Assembly: GCA_963676795.2 (NCBI GenBank)
Contig: CAXXTB010000002.1
Span: 2,272,001-2,336,000, forward strand
Direction of reading: 5' to 3'
DNA: 64,000 nucleotides
Origin: Geopsychrobacteraceae bacterium
GTDB lineage: Bacteria; Desulfobacterota; Desulfuromonadia; Desulfuromonadales; Geopsychrobacteraceae
The position numbers were made by a program, and so were the translations under genes. Positions 59,353-64,000 of the stretch are shown in pieces (position 1 is the first letter of the stretch; each line of letters starts with the position of its first letter). Below the pieces are notes generated by a model. The model saw only the letters and a list, made by a program, of their open reading frames with translations. It did not search any database and was not told the origin of the DNA.

Positions 59353-60069
59353 TCAGCGCCACGCCAACCAGAGCCGTTCCAGACTGGTAATCAGACTGTG
59401 CTGCAGCTGTTGCCACTCCTCCCCACCGGCAACCGGCCATTTCTGGTTCAGTTCCAGCTCGATCCCCAGATAGGAATCTCGCGGGTAGCGTTTGCGCAAA
59501 GCGGTGACGAGGGCATCCGCTGCGCCGCGGTAGGGGTAATTGCGGCGCACCCGGAAAGGCGCTGCGTTGCTCTTAAGTTCCTTCTGCCAGCGCTGGCAGA
59601 AGTCTTTTTCCAGCGGGCGCTGCGGATCATAGAGCAGGCCGATATCGGCATTACGCAGCTCTCCGTTCAACTCCGGGGTAAAGCTGTGCAGCGAGATATG
59701 ACAGACCCGGCAGCGGTCTGCCACGCAGCGGTCGATCCTCTCGCTGACCTGCCTGCGGTGCGGATGATAAAACTTTTCCAGCACCTCGCCCTTTTGCACC
59801 GGACTCAGACTCGCACTGTAGGCGGAAAACAGCGCGGGATGCCCCGGCGAGCGGTTCAGCTCGACCAGCAGCCGGGTGACATCGGCGATATCGAGGGGCA
59901 GCTGAAAATGCTCCGCCAGCCGCCGGGCGAACGGGACGATCCCCAGGTCGTAACCGCGGTGACTGTCAAGCACCTCCCCGGCTCCGGCAAAAAGCTCTTC
60001 ATACCCTTGCGGAACCCGGTTGCCGCCATGCTCGCAGGAAAGCACCAGTTGCCAGCATCCTCCGCTCAT
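59353..60069 (-). CDS. N-formylglutamate amidohydrolase family protein
   Basis: SCEHGGNRVP, SHRGYD, RLLVELNR, SLHSFTP, IELELNQ. Confidence 0.85.
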   Translation of the reverse strand: MSGGCWQLVLSCEHGGNRVPQGYEELFAGAGEVLDSHRGYDLGIVPFARRLAEHFQLPLDIADVTRLLVELNRSPGHPALFSAYSASLSPVQKGEVLEKFYHPHRRQVSERIDRCVADRCRVCHISLHSFTPELNGELRNADIGLLYDPQRPLEKDFCQRWQKELKSNAAPFRVRRNYPYRGAADALVTALRKRYPRDSYLGIELELNQKWPVAGGEEWQQLQHSLITSLERLWLAWR

Positions 60070-61295
60070 AGGAATAGAGCCCCCTGCTCCAGACAGCCGG
60101 ACAACCGGCCGTAGAGCGCAAACAGGTCCTGCGCATCGTACTCATCCGGCAGCGCATTGAGAATCCGCTGAGCCAGCGAGCCGCGTTCGAGCAGCAGCGT
60201 CAGGGCAGCGCGGTGTTCTGTGACCAGCTCAGGTTCGAGCCGGGCATAAAGTTGCCGCCATAGGTCAGCGATGGTCATCGCCTCCTCATTACAACCGAAA
60301 CAACGCAGGTAGTCGGTAGCGCTGATCTGGGTCTCCCTGCCGGAGCCGATCGAGCGAACAAAGAGCTCGGCCAGCGGTCCGGTCGTCAGCGCCTGCTGTT
60401 GCGCGCTGCTGCTCCACTCTTCGCGGCAGAGCGCCCGAATCAGGGCAATCACCAAGGCGGCGATCGCCAGATCCATCTGCGGGCATTCCTGCAGGTCGAG
60501 GACCCTGATCTCGATGGCGCTACGTTCGAAACGGGCAATCGCGCCGCGCGAATTGAGCCATTCGTCCTGAAGAATCCCCTGCGGATCGAAAGGGGCGATC
60601 GCCTGATAGCTGCGCTGTAGGATCTGCTGCTGGTAATCCGCCCTGGTGAAAACCGCTTCGGGAATGATCTGTCCGGCGATCTGTGGGACCTTCTTCTGGT
60701 TATGCCGATAGAATTCCAGCCGGTTGTCGAGCAGCCCGGTGCGTCGCCCGTCGACCAGCGGCGAACTGGCCGCCAGGGCCGGCAGCAGCGGCAGCACCAG
60801 ACGGATCGCCGCATGCAGGCGGCCGAACTCCTCGTCCCCGCAAAACGGCAGGTTGATGTGCATGCTCTGCAGGTTCGACCAACCGTGGCCGCGACAGTCA
60901 AAGATCCGGTTATAGGCCTCATAGATCGGCCGGTAGTCATGCGGCCAGAGGTGCATCTCGCGGTGCGGATCCATCCAGGGGTGCATCGCTGTGCCGAGCA
61001 GCCTGCAGTCAAGCTCCTCAAGCAGGCGATTGACCTGCTTCACCCCTTGCTGAAAATCCTCAGCCACCCCGTTGAGAGAGGCTGCCGGACCGTTGGTTTT
61101 CAGCTCAACCACATGGAGCACCAGTTCATTCGACCAGCATAAGGGGCCGACCTCGACCTCGTTGACCAGTTCGCCGGCAACCTTTTTAAGCAACTGATCG
61201 CTCACCGGCCGGACATTCAGAGTCGTCCGGTCGACGATCATGTATTCCAGCTCGATACCGAAGCCTTCAAACAGATGGAGGGGTTTGTCGCTCAT
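60066..61295 (-). CDS. Glutamate--cysteine ligase family 2 (GCS2) carboxylate-amine ligase
   Basis: FGIELEYMIVD, NEL..VVELKT, SMHINL, AASSP, IEIRVLD. Confidence 0.88.
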   Translation of the reverse strand: MSDKPLHLFEGFGIELEYMIVDRTTLNVRPVSDQLLKKVAGELVNEVEVGPLCWSNELVLHVVELKTNGPAASLNGVAEDFQQGVKQVNRLLEELDCRLLGTAMHPWMDPHREMHLWPHDYRPIYEAYNRIFDCRGHGWSNLQSMHINLPFCGDEEFGRLHAAIRLVLPLLPALAASSPLVDGRRTGLLDNRLEFYRHNQKKVPQIAGQIIPEAVFTRADYQQQILQRSYQAIAPFDPQGILQDEWLNSRGAIARFERSAIEIRVLDLQECPQMDLAIAALVIALIRALCREEWSSSAQQQALTTGPLAELFVRSIGSGRETQISATDYLRCFGCNEEAMTIADLWRQLYARLEPELVTEHRAALTLLLERGSLAQRILNALPDEYDAQDLFALYGRLSGCLEQGALFL

Positions 61296-62776
61296 GCCGG
61301 GGAGCCTTCCTTACGCCGTTCAACCCTGCGTAACATGACGCGCATGATGCGCAGGTAGAGTTCATCCTTGAGCACCTGATCTTCGATCCCGCCGTCGAGA
61401 TTCGGGTTGTCGTTGACCTCGATGACATAGACCTTGTTGCCGACCTGCTTGAGATCGACCCCGTAGAGCCCGTCGCCGATCAGGTTGGCCACCTTAAGCG
61501 CGGTCTTGACCACGGCCGAAGGGGCATGCTCGATCGGCAGGGTATCGAACTTCCCTTCGTCGTTCTTGACCCCGCTGTTATCACGCTTGAGAATCTGCCA
61601 GTGTCCCTTGGCCATATAGTAGCGGCAGGCGTAGAGCGGCTGTCGGTCGAAGATGCCGATCCGCCAGTCGTAATCGGTCGGCAGATACTCCTGACCGATG
61701 ATCAGCTCCGACTTCTCGAGCAGCTTGTTGATCGTCTCTTTGAGCTTGGCTGCGTCGCTGACCTTGACCACCCCTTGCGAGAAGGAGCTGTCCGGCTGTT
61801 TGAGCACCACCGGCAGTCCGAGAGTCTCCGCCACCTGATCACGGTTGTCACGGTGGATGATCATGGTCTTGGGGGCCGGAATCTTATTACGCTCCATCAG
61901 TTCGGCGAGAAAGACTTTGTTGGTGCATTTGAGAATCGATTCCGGGTCATCAATGGCCACCAATCCTTCGGCCACCGCCTTGCGGGCGAAACGGTAGGTA
62001 TGGTGGTTGACGCTGGTCGTCTCGCGGATCAGCAGCGCATCGTATTCCCCCAGCCGGGAGAAATCTTCACGGGTGATAAAGTCGGTAGAAAAACCGACGG
62101 CCTCGGCCGCCTTGACGAAACGTTTCAGCGCTTTGGCATCGGAGGGGGGCTCCTCTTCCTGCGGATTGGTCAGAATCGCCAGATCGAAGCGGCTGCGCGC
62201 TTTCTTCGCCGTTCTTGAGCGCTTGCCGGCGAAGTAATCCTTGGCAACCTCAATGACAAACTCACGATGTTCCTCGGGAATCTCATTCCCGCTGATCACC
62301 TGCAGGTTGGCCAGCGACCACTTGCCGCTCTTCTCGCCGATGACGAAGTGGGCGCGCAGCAAGGGAGCCTGAAACAGGTTGAAAATCTGGGCGGCCAACC
62401 GGGCATAGCGCTTAGCCACGTTATGTCCGAAGTAGACACTCAGAACGAATTCCTTGGAAACGATCGGCGCCAGGCTCTTCTGGATCAGCTCCTGAAGTTC
62501 GTCGGAGGCAATACGCATGATCGTCTGCGACTTCATATCCTGCACGGCGGTCACGCCCGGTCGCGCCTTATGGCCACGCGCCGCAGCGAGCAGGGAGACA
62601 TAGTAGCCGCTGCTCTGATAGCGGTAAGAGCGGCAAAGGTTGTAGACTTCGGCTTTTTTCAACGACAGGTAGTGCGGATCGGTCAGGTAGGTCCGGGCGG
62701 TAACTCTTTCAACGCCCGGGATTTCCAGCGGCCATTGGGCAGGGTCGTCGACAACGACCAGAACGGCTCTAGACAT
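61292..62776 (-). CDS. RimK-family ATP-grasp ligase with N-terminal RLAN domain
   Basis: NLCRSYRYQSSGYYVSLLAAARGH (RLAN), IRETT, CTNKV, QEY, YGVDLK, EVNDNP. Confidence 0.88.
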   Translation of the reverse strand: MSRAVLVVVDDPAQWPLEIPGVERVTARTYLTDPHYLSLKKAEVYNLCRSYRYQSSGYYVSLLAAARGHKARPGVTAVQDMKSQTIMRIASDELQELIQKSLAPIVSKEFVLSVYFGHNVAKRYARLAAQIFNLFQAPLLRAHFVIGEKSGKWSLANLQVISGNEIPEEHREFVIEVAKDYFAGKRSRTAKKARSRFDLAILTNPQEEEPPSDAKALKRFVKAAEAVGFSTDFITREDFSRLGEYDALLIRETTSVNHHTYRFARKAVAEGLVAIDDPESILKCTNKVFLAELMERNKIPAPKTMIIHRDNRDQVAETLGLPVVLKQPDSSFSQGVVKVSDAAKLKETINKLLEKSELIIGQEYLPTDYDWRIGIFDRQPLYACRYYMAKGHWQILKRDNSGVKNDEGKFDTLPIEHAPSAVVKTALKVANLIGDGLYGVDLKQVGNKVYVIEVNDNPNLDGGIEDQVLKDELYLRIMRVMLRRVERRKEGSPA

Positions 62777-63490
62777 CTAGTATTTCTCCTTGTCTGGCTG
62801 AATGATCAGCAGGTTGGCATCGTAGGTCAGGACCCCGAGCAGAATGGCGTTGATAACCCGGTCGGTACTCGCCTGATACTTGCGCGACGGGTCAATCGGG
62901 TTGCTCTGCAGCGGATCGGCGACATGGATGGTACGCTGCTCACGGTCGTAGCCGTGGAGCACGACAAAATGTCCCGAAGGCTCACCGCGCAGATCGTCGT
63001 AGTCGCAGTTCGGCCCGAATTCACGGGCGCTCTGATAGAGATAGGTCGAAGAGAGCCCGGTCAGAACCGGAATCCCCTGATTCAGATAGCCCCGCAGCAG
63101 CGAACCGCTCAAGTCCTTGCTGCGCAGCTCGCCACCCAGTTCGAGAAACTGGAGATAGCCGTTGGTCGCGACCAGCAGCTTTTCATCCTGTTTGTATTCA
63201 GCCTGGGCACGCAGCTTCGCCATCAGCTCCTTGCGCCTCAGGCCCGCCCAGGTCGGATCGAAAAGCTGCAGTTTGTAACTGTAGATGGTCGCCCGGTAAC
63301 CACGCTTCAATGCGTGGCAGGCGAGCAACACGGCCAGGGTCCCCCCCCCTTCCAGCATCGGCACTTCGGCAATGGTCCGGGAGAGGCTGATCGGGTCCTG
63401 GTAAAAACGGTAGATCGCCTGCAGGCAGGTCGGCCCGCAGCTGATCTCATCAGGCTGAGGCGATATTTCAAAGGGGACAAGCGCTTTCAC
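62777..63490 (-). CDS. Papain-like peptidase C39 family protein
   Basis: QPDEISCGP (Q..C), GHFVVLHGYD (H), VADP (D) catalytic triad. Confidence 0.82.
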   Translation of the reverse strand: MKALVPFEISPQPDEISCGPTCLQAIYRFYQDPISLSRTIAEVPMLEGGGTLAVLLACHALKRGYRATIYSYKLQLFDPTWAGLRRKELMAKLRAQAEYKQDEKLLVATNGYLQFLELGGELRSKDLSGSLLRGYLNQGIPVLTGLSSTYLYQSAREFGPNCDYDDLRGEPSGHFVVLHGYDREQRTIHVADPLQSNPIDPSRKYQASTDRVINAILLGVLTYDANLLIIQPDKEKY

Positions 63491-63687
63491 AGATGACCTC
63501 CAACGCTCGAAAATTGGCTGAATTATGCGCCGTTTTTTCCAGATTGCAAGAGTGGAAAAAAGGACATTTTACATTTTATCTTAAGAGGGAAAAATGTCGC
63601 CAAATCGACAGGGAAATCTGTATAAAAAATGTGTTATACTGCGCCGATATTCCAATCTGTCAATTCATCATGAATCCGGAGGAACCC

Positions 63688-64000
63688 ATGAAGTTTCGCA
63701 ATATTCTGCTCTTAGTCTGTGCTGCGCTGATGCTCTCGAGCTGTGGCTACAACACCATACAAAAAAATGAAGAAGCGGTTTTTTCCGCCTGGGGGGATGT
63801 CGAAGCGACCTACCAGCGCCGTGCCGACCTGATTCCCAACCTGGTTGAGACCGTCAAGGCCTATGCGGCCCACGAGAAAGAAACCCTGACCGAAGTCACC
63901 AACGCCCGCGCCAAAGTCGGCCAGATGAACATCTCTGCCGCAGGACTCAACAACCCGGCCATGCTCCAGCAGTTCCAACAGGCGCAAGGCGAACTCTCCA
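63688..64000 (+). CDS. lemA: LemA family protein (partial, runs off window end)
   Basis: Read by hand: MKFRNILLLVCAALMLSSCGYNTIQ..YQRRADLIPNLVETVKAYAAHEKETL; GGAGG RBS. Confidence 0.92.
   Translation, partial: MKFRNILLLVCAALMLSSCGYNTIQKNEEAVFSAWGDVEATYQRRADLIPNLVETVKAYAAHEKETLTEVTNARAKVGQMNISAAGLNNPAMLQQFQQAQGELS

Noticed and set aside
1..64000. CRISPR arrays, rRNA/tRNA genes, transposases, integrases, prophage or defence genes
   Set aside because: No regularly spaced repeats or recognisable motifs seen by eye; a tool-based scan could still find small items.

Overview
64 kb of bacterial chromosome. Gene content and style suggest a Desulfuromonadales-like deltaproteobacterium (inference). 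The first ~31 kb is mostly housekeeping: potFGHI, dksA, rsmI-nadE-yraN-rnhB, ffh-rpsP-khpA-rimM-trmD-rplS, a small tetraheme cytochrome c3, purH-purD-purE, alr, a thiE/thiD fusion, thiC, speD, fba, gap, a DASS transporter and rpsU. No rRNA, tRNA, CRISPR array or transposase was seen. The main candidate novel system is a stand-alone operon at 43.4-49.6 kb (fliD-flgD-TIGR02530-flgE-flgN-flgK-flgL). It encodes only the distal, exported flagellar parts, with no flagellin, rod, rings, FliK or export genes. Its exported subunits are extremely acidic and depleted of Lys/Arg, and it lies directly behind an orphan OmpR-family regulator with a degenerate receiver domain. Other notable items: a J-domain protein with four MshEN-like repeats next to a PilZ gene; a MarR gene broken by an apparent quasi-palindrome template-switch frameshift upstream of a CDF metal exporter; an unexplained switch-like structured RNA; two paralogous small proteins flanking a lipoprotein; and an uncharacterised C39 peptidase/RimK/GCS2/amidohydrolase/MarC/TerC operon.
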